A DNA stretch of 64,000 nucleotides from Candidatus Undinarchaeota archaeon. GTDB lineage: Archaea; SpSt-1190; JASMDC01. Below are positions 18,726-28,290 of this stretch, in pieces. Location of the stretch: NCBI GenBank assembly GCA_964519305.1, contig CAZFHY010000016.1, forward strand, positions 1 through 64,000, given 5' to 3'. A program made the translations under genes and the position numbers. The notes beneath the pieces are model-generated. The model saw nothing but the letters and a program-made list of their open reading frames with translations, searched no databases and was not told where the DNA came from. The first letter of the stretch is position 1. Every line of letters begins with the position of its first letter.

Positions 18726-18851
18726 AGAGTTCACACCGTATTGATGGGAAGGGACGTCCGTCGTATATAAAAACCTATTCATGGCAGGGCGCGCTTTCTT
18801 CAGTCCGCGCGACCATCAGGTTTTTATAGCAGGGGGAAGGAGTGGACCTCC

Positions 18852-19874
18852 GTGGTGCTGCGCAATGCGCTCGGCACGGCCATGGCCATGCTCCGGCTCC
18901 GGCTGTCAGGCCGGACAACACCTCTATCGGTGATACTCTCTATTACGAACAGATGCAACTTCAACTGCTCGTACTGCCATGTGGGAGCGCGGCCAGCGAA
19001 GGAGATGACCACCGAGCAGATACTGCAGCTCGTTGATGAGATGGCCGAAGCGGGCACCCAGCGTATCGGTATCCAGGGCGGGGAACCGCTCCTGCGCAAG
19101 GACATCGGTGAGGTCATCGATCACTGCAAGAGACGGGGATTGTTCGTCACCATGGGTACGAACGGATCGCTGCTCCCCAAGAAGATAGATGAGGTCCGGA
19201 ACCTTGATGCGCTCGTGCTCTCGTTCGACGGTCCCAAGGCCCATGACCGGTATAGACATATGGGCTCGTACGACCAGGTGATAGAGGCCATCAAGCTCGC
19301 TCGTCGATCGGACATACGTGTCTGGACCACCACCGTGCTCACCAAATACTCCATCGGTGACATCGACCTCATCCTGAGAACTGCAGAACAGAACGACTTC
19401 TCCACCTATTTCACACCGCTCTGTCAGGTGGAGGAGACCACCGGCGACACCAGTGCCCTCTTCGCCTCGAAGGACGACTACGTGGCCGCTATCGACCGGC
19501 TCATGGATGAGAAGCGCAAGGGGCGCCCCGTCGTCAACTCCCAGTCCTACCTGCGTTTCATGCGGGACTGGCCCGACTTCACCCACACCATGTACCTGAA
19601 GGACGCCCCCGTGGAGGCCCAGCAGGTTCCATGCTACGCGGGACGTTTCTTCTGCCATATCAACTGCAACGGCGATGTATATCCCTGCATCCAGCTGCGG
19701 GACGAGGGCGATCCGAAGAACGCGATCGAGGTCGGGTTCCGTAAGGCCTTCGATGCGCTTCTCCCGCTCCCGTGCAGCGCCTGCTCGACCTTCTCGTTCA
19801 TGGAACTGAACCTCATGTTCTCGCTACATCTTGAAGCGATACTCAACACGCTGCGCTTGGCCGCCCGGCGGTGA
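18852..19874 (+). CDS. radical SAM protein with SPASM/twitch domain
   Basis: ITNRCNFNCSYC, GGEPLLRKD, TNGSLL, CYAGRFFCHINCNGDVYPC..CSAC. Confidence 0.9.
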   Translation: MVLRNALGTAMAMLRLRLSGRTTPLSVILSITNRCNFNCSYCHVGARPAKEMTTEQILQLVDEMAEAGTQRIGIQGGEPLLRKDIGEVIDHCKRRGLFVTMGTNGSLLPKKIDEVRNLDALVLSFDGPKAHDRYRHMGSYDQVIEAIKLARRSDIRVWTTTVLTKYSIGDIDLILRTAEQNDFSTYFTPLCQVEETTGDTSALFASKDDYVAAIDRLMDEKRKGRPVVNSQSYLRFMRDWPDFTHTMYLKDAPVEAQQVPCYAGRFFCHINCNGDVYPCIQLRDEGDPKNAIEVGFRKAFDALLPLPCSACSTFSFMELNLMFSLHLEAILNTLRLAARR

Positions 19875-19880
19875 CCGCTC

Positions 19881-21035
19881 TCATTCCTCGCCGTTATGGC
19901 CGTTCTTGTACTCGTCCACCACATCGATGAGCTTGGAGCGCTCACGTTTGTTCGCTGCTCGTTCGGCCACCTGTCGTGATACGAACCACTCGCCACCGTT
20001 CTGGGTGACCTTGAGCGACCTGCGACGGACCCAGGGGACCCCTGATGGGACGGGCGGGTCCGGGAACGTGGAGAGCACGAGGAGCGGACGACAATGCAGA
20101 TGACGCGCTTCCGACGGACGTGTGACGACCACGACGTCCCCGTCCTTGCACTCTGATGGACGCTCCACTGCGACGAGCCCCTTGAGGGCCATCCTCGCAC
20201 GGACCTCTAGACGACGGTTCGTGCGTTTCAGCTCATCGTTCTCCTTACGTCTGCGTTCAAGGCGTGAGGTCAGGTTATTGATACGGCCGTCCATGGTCCG
20301 CACTGCCTTGCTGGCGAACGCCTTCCGTTCACCACCCTTCCGGACACGGTCCAGCTTATCCTGGAGCTCTCTGACCCTGTGCTCCAGTGATCCCACTCGT
20401 CCCTCAAGGTGGTCCTTGTACTCCCTGAGCAGCACGACCTCCCGACGAAGGGCACGCGAGCGGTGGACATGCGGCTCCGCGGGAGCACCTGCCTCGACCT
20501 TGGCCTCCTCGTGTACCTCCACGCTGACATCGCGGATCGCAGCGTCGATGCTGGGGGAGTCGCCGCGTAGCACGCGGATGCGCACCTCCTCACGCAGGAC
20601 CTCGTCGAGCTCGGCTTCCCGCGACTTCCTGTCGACCCTGTCAAGGTTCTGTCGCACGTCGTCGTAGGCCTTGATAGCACAGGCCAGGGCGTCACGCCGG
20701 TGGGAGTCGGTGACACCAGGGATATCGCGCACGAGCCGGGTCTTCTCCTCCACGGCAAGTACATGGTGCGGACTATAGATCGTGGCGCCGAATGTATGGG
20801 CGATGCGTTCGACCGCGGAGGGAGTGGGGTTCACATCAGTAGCGACCACAGCAGGGCGGCCATGGGAGATGAGGGTGTACACGATATCGGCACGGGTGAA
20901 CTCCCGGCGGCTCTCTACGTGGACGACCTTCCCGTCCAGGTCGAGCAGAGCCACACCTGTTGTGGCTCCGGGATCGATACCGACTATGAGACCCTTTATG
21001 TGTTCACCCCCGACGCCGATGTGCCCTGAAGGCAT
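19881..21035 (-). CDS. DUF460 domain protein (RNase H-like fold plus coiled coil)
   Basis: IVGIDPGATTGVALLDLDG, VVATDVNP, VEEK, HRRDALACA, then a long coiled coil. Confidence 0.9.
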   Translation of the reverse strand: MPSGHIGVGGEHIKGLIVGIDPGATTGVALLDLDGKVVHVESRREFTRADIVYTLISHGRPAVVATDVNPTPSAVERIAHTFGATIYSPHHVLAVEEKTRLVRDIPGVTDSHRRDALACAIKAYDDVRQNLDRVDRKSREAELDEVLREEVRIRVLRGDSPSIDAAIRDVSVEVHEEAKVEAGAPAEPHVHRSRALRREVVLLREYKDHLEGRVGSLEHRVRELQDKLDRVRKGGERKAFASKAVRTMDGRINNLTSRLERRRKENDELKRTNRRLEVRARMALKGLVAVERPSECKDGDVVVVTRPSEARHLHCRPLLVLSTFPDPPVPSGVPWVRRRSLKVTQNGGEWFVSRQVAERAANKRERSKLIDVVDEYKNGHNGEE

Positions 21036-21176
21036 AAGAATTTTTCCAAAGCGACGGCCAGGATAATACCATAATTGTATTCCATGTGCCGGAACAGGAA
21101 CGTTTATATACCGGTTCACCTGCCGGAGATGACCGTGAGCTAGTGTGCCATGGCTGCACCGGCTCACGAAAGGGGT

Positions 21177-22064
21177 ATGATAACAATGGATCTAGAGCTC
21201 ACAGAACCCGAAGCGCTGGAGGGGCCGCAGAAGTACGCCGTTATCGTCAACGGGTACGCGGATTCATCTTCGTTCTACAACAACATCTCATTCGTGCATG
21301 ACATGCTTCTGGAGAAGGGTTACAGGAAGGAGAACATCATCATCCTCCACGACCACGGGGAGGACCCTGAAGTGTTCGTCGAGGACCGGCCCGACGGGGA
21401 CCCGAAGTACGCGGATTCGGTACGCGGGGAACGCGTCACCTCAATCCCTGGCTACACCTTCGAGGCACGGTCGGACAAGATCGTGGACGGACCTGCCTAC
21501 AAGAACGATGTTTTCGCCGCGCTGGACACCATGGCGGAGAAGGTGCGACCCGAGGACGAGTTCTTCTTCTATTCGACCGACCACGGGGGCACCCAGGGCG
21601 GAGAGTCCACCATCTGCCTCCGCAAGGAAGGCGGTAGTGGCTGGTGGGGCATCGACGAGATCACCGTCAGCGAGTTCAAGGCCCGCGTCGACAAGATCAA
21701 GTCAGAGAAGCAGATCATGGTGTTCGACCAGTGCCACTCCGGCGGATTCGCGGACGCTCTCGGGAACGGTTACCGGGTAGCCATCTCTGCGTGCAGTGCC
21801 GACGAGTCCTCGTACATAGCTCACCCCATGGACGGATTCCCCGACGCCCTGTTCAGCGCCATGCGCGGCAGGGACTGGGACGGCAATCCCGTGGAATCCG
21901 ACTACGACGGTGACGGCAAGGTATCCATGGCAGAAGCGTTCCGGTTCGCCCTGGAGAACGATCCGTACGCCCCGGGCAACGGTGGCCGCTACGAGGAGCA
22001 CCCGCAGATCAACACCGAGCTCGACGCGGACAACGTGTTCTTGGGCGACGACGAGAAGGCCTGA
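21177..22064 (+). CDS. clan CD cysteine peptidase (C13 legumain/caspase-like), no signal peptide
   Basis: KYAVIVNG, catalytic His in TDHGG, catalytic Cys in DQCHSGGF, EF-hand-like DYDGDGKVSMAEAF, EHPQ. Confidence 0.85.
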   Translation: MITMDLELTEPEALEGPQKYAVIVNGYADSSSFYNNISFVHDMLLEKGYRKENIIILHDHGEDPEVFVEDRPDGDPKYADSVRGERVTSIPGYTFEARSDKIVDGPAYKNDVFAALDTMAEKVRPEDEFFFYSTDHGGTQGGESTICLRKEGGSGWWGIDEITVSEFKARVDKIKSEKQIMVFDQCHSGGFADALGNGYRVAISACSADESSYIAHPMDGFPDALFSAMRGRDWDGNPVESDYDGDGKVSMAEAFRFALENDPYAPGNGGRYEEHPQINTELDADNVFLGDDEKA

Positions 22065-22071
22065 TAGCGCC

Positions 22072-22620
22072 TTATCCCTCGTGCCAGGGCTCCTTTACCG
22101 CCTGACCGCTCGCGTCGATGAAGGTAGCTTCGGTAGTTCCCTGTGAGCCACGGATCCGCTGACCGAAAGCGGCCGCGCTCCCGCACACCATCGCCACACC
22201 GATGAGCATGAACGGTGCGAGGATCAGATAGACCCACCAGGGGCTCTGGGAGAAGGATGCGCCCTTCACACGGCCGATGTGCGGTGCGTCAGGGAGGTAC
22301 TCAATCGTCACGGGGCCATCTACCCTCAACGGATTCAACACGCTATAGTCGGTCGTATAGGAATCGCCCTCATAGTCGGTCCCGTCGACAGTGTACTTGA
22401 ACCCGATGACCTCCACGGTCTCCTCGTTGATCTCGGTGTTCGTGTCCTCGATCCCGAGCACGATGCCCTGGACCGTCTTGGCCCTTGTAGTAAGGTCACG
22501 GTCCACGAGCACATCCCGTGGATCGCCCATGAGAACGAGGAAGAGCGAGCTCATGAGAATGAACGAGATGCCGATGACGGCCAGTACGCCTGCAGCGGCC
22601 GTTTCTTCATCATCCGCCAT
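22072..22620 (-). CDS. DUF3592-like membrane protein
   Basis: TM - TVQGIV..FKYTVDGTDY..VTIEYLPDAP - TM architecture. Confidence 0.75.
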   Translation of the reverse strand: MADDEETAAAGVLAVIGISFILMSSLFLVLMGDPRDVLVDRDLTTRAKTVQGIVLGIEDTNTEINEETVEVIGFKYTVDGTDYEGDSYTTDYSVLNPLRVDGPVTIEYLPDAPHIGRVKGASFSQSPWWVYLILAPFMLIGVAMVCGSAAAFGQRIRGSQGTTEATFIDASGQAVKEPWHEG

Positions 22621-22699
22621 CGATAATCCCTTCAGTCCTAAACTTTTTCCGTGTTGTGGCCCCGCTCCCGGCGTAACGGGAATAGACGCTAGACGCAGC

Positions 22700-22885
22700 C
22701 TAGACCTCGCGTCCAGACTCCCTGGCCCTTATCATGGGCGTGCCACACTTGGGACACGGTGTCTGGTAGCAGGGACGTCCCTTCGTTTCGGGGACGGTAG
22801 CGCCGCATGAGGGGCACGTGCACTGGCCACTTGGACATGTAATCCGTCCTCGGTCGTCATCAGGTCCGGACATCTCGCTCACCAT
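22700..22885 (-). CDS. small Cys-rich metal-binding protein
   Basis: GQCTCPSCG...GRPCYQTPCPKCGTPMIR, a recurrent small prokaryotic motif; TATA-like CTTATTAA upstream. Confidence 0.7.
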   Translation of the reverse strand: MVSEMSGPDDDRGRITCPSGQCTCPSCGATVPETKGRPCYQTPCPKCGTPMIRARESGREV

Positions 22886-22948
22886 ATCAACGTGTGGGAC
22901 TGAGGCCGTCTGGTTAATAAGTGCATCGTTGGATGGTGGGCAGGATGC

Positions 22949-23386
22949 TCATGCCCTCGCGGGAAGGGTCACCGTATAGGTCTGCCCTCCGGCGATGACG
23001 ACGTCGATCTGCACATCCTTTGTCGGGTCCACGGCAGGCTCGGCCAAGGTCATCTCTGTGTCGAGGATGCAGTTCTCCTCCCGAGGCTCGCAACCAGGGA
23101 CCACGCCGTTTACGAGCTCGACGGTGATGACCTGTCCATCGACCCGGTACTTACCACGGATGAAGGCGTCGCACGTGGTACGCTTACGGTTGAGCACGTG
23201 GAGGAACACAGAGGACGATGTGGAGTCCATCCACCGGACGTTCGCCCCTTCTTCCCCGCTCTCGCAGTAGAAGTTCGCTTCGAGCAGGTCTACGGACCAC
23301 TCGTACCGCTTAGTACCGCCATCGCTGCTCACGCATCCTGCGAGGAGGAGGGCGAGGACCATCAGGAGCGCGGTCGTCCTTCTCAC
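22949..23386 (-). CDS. lipoprotein of unknown function
   Basis: MRRTTALLMVLALLLAGC lipobox. Confidence 0.75.
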   Translation of the reverse strand: MRRTTALLMVLALLLAGCVSSDGGTKRYEWSVDLLEANFYCESGEEGANVRWMDSTSSSVFLHVLNRKRTTCDAFIRGKYRVDGQVITVELVNGVVPGCEPREENCILDTEMTLAEPAVDPTKDVQIDVVIAGGQTYTVTLPARA

Positions 23387-23425
23387 GTTGAAATCGTGCC
23401 AATCATCACATAAAAAAGCCGATGT

Positions 23426-24868
23426 CTACACGAGGTCCCTGCTCACGTTGATGGTCTTCCACTGGACGTAGCTCTCCAGTCCCCAGCGACCATGTTCGCG
23501 CCCGACACCACTGATCCCCATCCCGCCGAACGGTGCCGCTTCGTCGATCCCGGCATGCGCGTTCACCCAGACTGTGCCGGCCCTGATCCGAGCAGCGAAC
23601 GCCTTGGCGTGCTCGATGTCAGAATCCCATACCGATGTACCAAGCCCGTACCTCGTACCGTTCACTTTTGCGAGAACCTCGTCTTCATCCGAGAATGTCT
23701 GTACCGGGAGCACGGGGCCGAACTGTTCTTGAGCAACGAGCGCCCCGTTCTCCTCCAGCCCGGTCACCAGAGTCGGTGTATAGAACAGTCCCCGCTCATG
23801 GCCGGCTACGTCAGGTACCGTACCACCGCACACTACCTTGCCGCCCTCGTCCCGAGCCTTATCCACGAGCGACATCACGCGCTCCAGCTGTGACCGGTTG
23901 TTGAGCGGGCCCATCTGTGTGGTCGGATCGATACCGGGGCCCACCACCATAGTGCGTGCCTCTTCGACCATGTGCTCGAGCACCGCGTCCGCCACGTCCT
24001 CGTGAAGATAGAGCCGCTTGACCGCTACGCACACCTGGCCAGCGTTGCGCATGGCCGCGCGAAGCAGACGGGATGCAACACGCTCCGGTCGCACCGAGCC
24101 GAACACCACGGCAGGATCGTTCCCTCCTAGCTCAAGGGAAATGTGCTTGAGGTCACGTCCCGCGATCTCTGCTACAGAACGCCCGGTGGCCACGCTCCCC
24201 GTGAGGGACACCTTGTCCACGGCCGGATGCGCGACCAGGGTCTTTCCAACCTCGTCACCTCCCGACACCACGTTCACGGTCCCGGGAGGTAGGAGCTTGT
24301 CGGCCATGGCGGCCACCATCCCATCAGCGAGCGGTGTCGTCCCCGCGGGCTTGACTACCGCCGTGTTCCCGGCGAGAAGGCAGGGGGCGAGCTTCCACGA
24401 CATGATGGAAACAGGGTAGTTCCACGGGAGAAGCAGGGCGCACACCCCCACGTGCTCCATGTTCGCAGTCACCGTACCGCGCTCATCATCCCGCACACGC
24501 TCAGGGGCCAGGCGCAGTCCTGCGTAGTATCTATACGTCCGGGCGGCGCCGAGCACCTCGCGTCGTGCCTCTGCAAGGGGTTTGCCCTGCTCTAGGGTAA
24601 GGACCCGGGCGAGCTCATCGCACCGTGCCTCGATCGCATCCCCGAGGGCGGCGAGCGCCTTCTGCCGGGAGCGTACTTGTGTCCCGCTCCACCGGTAGAC
24701 GGTATCGGCAGCGGCATCGACTGCAGCGTTCACCAGCCCTTCATCGGCGGCATGGACCGTGCGGACCACATCGCACGTGGCAGGATCCTCGACGGGCAGA
24801 GGGATGTCCGAGACAAGGGACTCGCCCCCGACCAGGATGCCCGTTGTCCCGTCGGACGGTGTCGGCAT
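23426..24868 (-). CDS. NAD(P)-dependent aldehyde dehydrogenase
   Basis: PWNYP, KLAPCLLAGN, LTGSVATG, ELGGND, GQVCVA, EQFGPVLP, PFGG..SGVGRE. Confidence 0.95.
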   Translation of the reverse strand: MPTPSDGTTGILVGGESLVSDIPLPVEDPATCDVVRTVHAADEGLVNAAVDAAADTVYRWSGTQVRSRQKALAALGDAIEARCDELARVLTLEQGKPLAEARREVLGAARTYRYYAGLRLAPERVRDDERGTVTANMEHVGVCALLLPWNYPVSIMSWKLAPCLLAGNTAVVKPAGTTPLADGMVAAMADKLLPPGTVNVVSGGDEVGKTLVAHPAVDKVSLTGSVATGRSVAEIAGRDLKHISLELGGNDPAVVFGSVRPERVASRLLRAAMRNAGQVCVAVKRLYLHEDVADAVLEHMVEEARTMVVGPGIDPTTQMGPLNNRSQLERVMSLVDKARDEGGKVVCGGTVPDVAGHERGLFYTPTLVTGLEENGALVAQEQFGPVLPVQTFSDEDEVLAKVNGTRYGLGTSVWDSDIEHAKAFAARIRAGTVWVNAHAGIDEAAPFGGMGISGVGREHGRWGLESYVQWKTINVSRDLV

Positions 24869-24988
24869 GGACAGCCGTGACCCGGCCAATGTATAAAAAG
24901 GCAGCGGGGCGGGCGATGGAAACATTTAAACACCATACATACCTTCACCTTTCCTGGAAGCTCCAACAATCCCCCGAGGGAAACCACC

Positions 24989-27103
24989 ATGTACCGTCGA
25001 ACCGCACTATTGCTCGTGACTGCGTTGTTGTTCAGTCTGCTCGCGCCCGTGATCGCCGAGGAGGTAATGCCCTTACCGATAAAGGCCGAACCCGAATATC
25101 GTGATGATATCGATTACGGAATGCCGCCGGACGACATCGCAATCGAGCCTGTAGTGGAGGAGTACGCTGCCGAGTTCAGCCTAACAGTAAAGGCCGATAA
25201 CACCGGTACTCTCGTGGCAAAGGGGCCCATCAGTGACGGAGACGGCACACGGTTCGAGGGCAAGGCCGACCTTGGAAGCACCTTCTCGGTAAAGGTGGAC
25301 GGCTGGTCGCCCGACGAGGGCGATGCAGGGGTTGTTGAGTTCGATTACACGTCCGATGGCAAGAAGATGAGCTACGGATTGAACGTATCGGCCGGGGGTG
25401 TCCCGGTACCCCTGAACGGTTACCTTGACACGCGGACCACACGCACGAGCGTCTCTGTCAAGGGACGACTGCGCGCCGACCAGACGCCCGGTGAGATCCC
25501 TGACATCGCGGTCAAGCTCAAGACGGAAGGGGGTTCTGCTTCGATAAGCCTGGACACACCCGACCTCCCCGCGGACCAGGTGCAGTTCGCACTGGGTGCC
25601 ATGAACCAGGAGTTCGCGCAGGAGGGTGTCGCCACACGCGTAGAGGATTTCAACGTCGTCGGTACGCACGTGGACGTCAAGTTCTCTGAATGGCAGGACA
25701 TCCTAATCGCTGAGGCACGGCGTGAGATGACGCCATCCCAGGCCGGCAAGCTCGAGAAGGCGCTGGCCAACCTCGGCCTCGACCTGTCTCTCACGGTCAA
25801 GCCCGCGGGCGTTGGGATCGACGTATCCTTCGAACTGGACGCCCGGAACCTGGGCGACCTGAGCGACCTCGTTATGGAACTGACGGAATCGCCGGTCTCT
25901 ATCCCCATCCTCCGTGAGGGCGAGAACAGCATCTCGTTCTCGACAAAGGGCCAGTTCCTCGATCTCCGTGCCACTGGCGAGATGGAACACGTGGATTATG
26001 ACGTCGGCGCGATCGCTGCGGCCCTCAGGGATTCTTGCCTGGAAGAGTGCAGGAACGAGGGCTCCATCGACCAGGGGTTCGACATGGAACGTCGCATCGT
26101 GGAGCGCAGCCCCTCCATCATCGACAAGCTCATCACCGGCACAGGATGCTCGGTCAAGTGCGACGTCGTCGCCAACATAGTGACCAGCGCTCTGAACCTC
26201 GATCTCTCAAAGCTCGCGATATCCCTAAAGCCCCAGATGGGAGGGGTCGCGTTCTCCATCGAGTCCAACGGTCACGGAATGGACCAGCTGGTGGCCAACG
26301 TCACCAAGGCAGCCCGCCTCGATGAGGGAGAGCACATCCCTATCCTTCGCGGGGGCAGCATTTCGATCACGGCCGACCGTGCCGAGGTCGATATAACGCT
26401 CGCCGAGACCCTGGAACAGCGGGGCGATGTGTTCAACTTCAATGGCGAACTGCCCGGACACACGACCGTGCTCGCCTTCGAGGACACGGATATAGCGACC
26501 TTCGTTCGTGTGGACGCCAAGCCGGAGCCCGACGAGCGGAACGGTAACGTGCTCACCTGGAAGAACAAGGCAGGCCAATCCTTATCGGTGGAGGCCGAAG
26601 TGAAGATCGATGACTCACGGCTCAAGGCGTCGCTCGAGAAGGCCGAGAGCCATCTCGTCGCTGTCGAGAAGCTACAACTCTCCGAGAAGGATGAACAGGT
26701 GGCCGAGCAGACCCGGAGCATCCTTGAGGAGGCCAGCCGTCTCATCGCGGATGGTGAACCTGCCAAGGCGCTCGCTCTTCTGGAGGAGTCGTCCACGCTG
26801 CTCAAGGACCTTCCCGAGGTCGAGGTGGACGAGGGACCCGATGGTGGTGCCGTGCTAGTGATAGGTCTCATAATCATCGCGGTCATGCTGGCGGTGATCA
26901 GCCGTCGTGGTGGCGGTGGTGGCGAGGAGATCGTGACCGTCCGATCGAGCGCACCAGTCCGAACGGCGCCTCCCCCGACCGCCGCAGCAAGTGCACCCCC
27001 GACCAGCGCACCGCCTCCCCCGCCCACGAGGCAACCTGCCTTCGAGGACAAGCCCAAGGAGTACGCAAAGGTCGAGCCTCAGGACGAGTGGGACACGCTC
27101 TAG
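24989..27103 (+). CDS. large surface protein with signal peptide, C-terminal TM anchor and Pro-rich cytoplasmic tail
   Basis: MYRRTALLLVTALLFSLLAPVIA signal; beta-rich body; TM AVLVIGLIIIAVMLAVIS-RR; tail ..APPPPPT..QDEWDTL. Confidence 0.8.
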   Translation: MYRRTALLLVTALLFSLLAPVIAEEVMPLPIKAEPEYRDDIDYGMPPDDIAIEPVVEEYAAEFSLTVKADNTGTLVAKGPISDGDGTRFEGKADLGSTFSVKVDGWSPDEGDAGVVEFDYTSDGKKMSYGLNVSAGGVPVPLNGYLDTRTTRTSVSVKGRLRADQTPGEIPDIAVKLKTEGGSASISLDTPDLPADQVQFALGAMNQEFAQEGVATRVEDFNVVGTHVDVKFSEWQDILIAEARREMTPSQAGKLEKALANLGLDLSLTVKPAGVGIDVSFELDARNLGDLSDLVMELTESPVSIPILREGENSISFSTKGQFLDLRATGEMEHVDYDVGAIAAALRDSCLEECRNEGSIDQGFDMERRIVERSPSIIDKLITGTGCSVKCDVVANIVTSALNLDLSKLAISLKPQMGGVAFSIESNGHGMDQLVANVTKAARLDEGEHIPILRGGSISITADRAEVDITLAETLEQRGDVFNFNGELPGHTTVLAFEDTDIATFVRVDAKPEPDERNGNVLTWKNKAGQSLSVEAEVKIDDSRLKASLEKAESHLVAVEKLQLSEKDEQVAEQTRSILEEASRLIADGEPAKALALLEESSTLLKDLPEVEVDEGPDGGAVLVIGLIIIAVMLAVISRRGGGGGEEIVTVRSSAPVRTAPPPTAAASAPPTSAPPPPPTRQPAFEDKPKEYAKVEPQDEWDTL

Positions 27104-28290
27104 CGCTGCTCACGGTACGTCAGCAGCAGCCAGGCGGCCCCCCACCATACCGCGGCCAGTCCCACGAGCGTGGTCAGGGGCCCCTGCGCGGCCGCCGGCT
27201 CCTTCCATAGGATGACCTCTCGGAGCGCGGCAACGGAATGGGTGGCCGGTAGCAATGGCTCGATCGAGCGTACGGCATCGGGCATGATGACGTTCGGGAA
27301 GACCATGGACCCGAGAAGTATCTGTACAACGATGATGAGCACGGCGACCTCCAGCGCATGAAGGGCGTTGCCGGCCATGGTGGACACGAGTATCCCCAAG
27401 GCGCACGAGGCCAGAGCGAGCACAGCGAGCACAACGAACAGGGAGAGCAGTGATAGCTTGGTGCCCAGGTACCAGCCGAGCACTCCGAGTATGATCGCGG
27501 CCTGGACGAGCGATACGAGAAGAGCCACGGCCATGCGCGAGGCCAGATACTCGCCAGGCGAGAGCGGGCTTGCAAGGAGCCGGGTGAGGCTCCCGTCCTC
27601 GCGGTCCCTCACGACGAGGATGGATGCGAGGGTGGTAGCTGTGAATATGATCGCGATGGTGAGCAGACCGGGCAGATAGTAGTGCAGGAACACGGGGTCC
27701 AGGTGGACCAGGCGCTCCTGTGCGCCAAGCAACGCACCGATGATGAAGTACACTCGCTCCGGTGTGATGAAGGAGGATACCTGCCCGTACACCCAGCCAA
27801 GGAACGGATCGTTCTCCCGCATGTGGAGGAGGGCAGGGGTTGGATCGTTGGCGAACGTGTCCAGGAGGTGGGCGTAGAGCACCTTCCGGCACTCGAGCAT
27901 GGTGAGCCATCCCAGGAAGGGAAGTGAATTGTCCACGGTGACCGTCGCATCGACCCTACCTTCTGTGGACAGGCGACCGGTATGGTTCGCCTCTATAGCC
28001 ACCGTGGCGGCCACAGTCCCCTTCCGCAACAACTCGTCGCATGCAGTCCGGTCTGCTGCAGTCATAGCGAAACGCGCTGAACGATCGAACTCGGTCACGA
28101 GCTTTGCACCGTACGGTCCCACGTCCTCGTTGGTGATGCACAGGGGTACGTTCGCAAGACCGTGGGAGAACACGATCCCGCCCAGCATCATTGTCGCTAT
28201 GGGCAGCACCAGCGCCAGGAAGAGCAGGGGCCGGTCCCTGGTCAGTGCGAGAAGTCCGTACCTAGTCGCCCAGTACGTGCGCGCGGACAT
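27100..28290 (-). CDS. ABC-2 type exporter permease
   Basis: RDRPLLFLALVLP, YYLPGLL, VRDREDGSLTRLLASPLS, LLPATHSVAALR. Confidence 0.9.
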   Translation of the reverse strand: MSARTYWATRYGLLALTRDRPLLFLALVLPIATMMLGGIVFSHGLANVPLCITNEDVGPYGAKLVTEFDRSARFAMTAADRTACDELLRKGTVAATVAIEANHTGRLSTEGRVDATVTVDNSLPFLGWLTMLECRKVLYAHLLDTFANDPTPALLHMRENDPFLGWVYGQVSSFITPERVYFIIGALLGAQERLVHLDPVFLHYYLPGLLTIAIIFTATTLASILVVRDREDGSLTRLLASPLSPGEYLASRMAVALLVSLVQAAIILGVLGWYLGTKLSLLSLFVVLAVLALASCALGILVSTMAGNALHALEVAVLIIVVQILLGSMVFPNVIMPDAVRSIEPLLPATHSVAALREVILWKEPAAAQGPLTTLVGLAAVWWGAAWLLLTYREQR

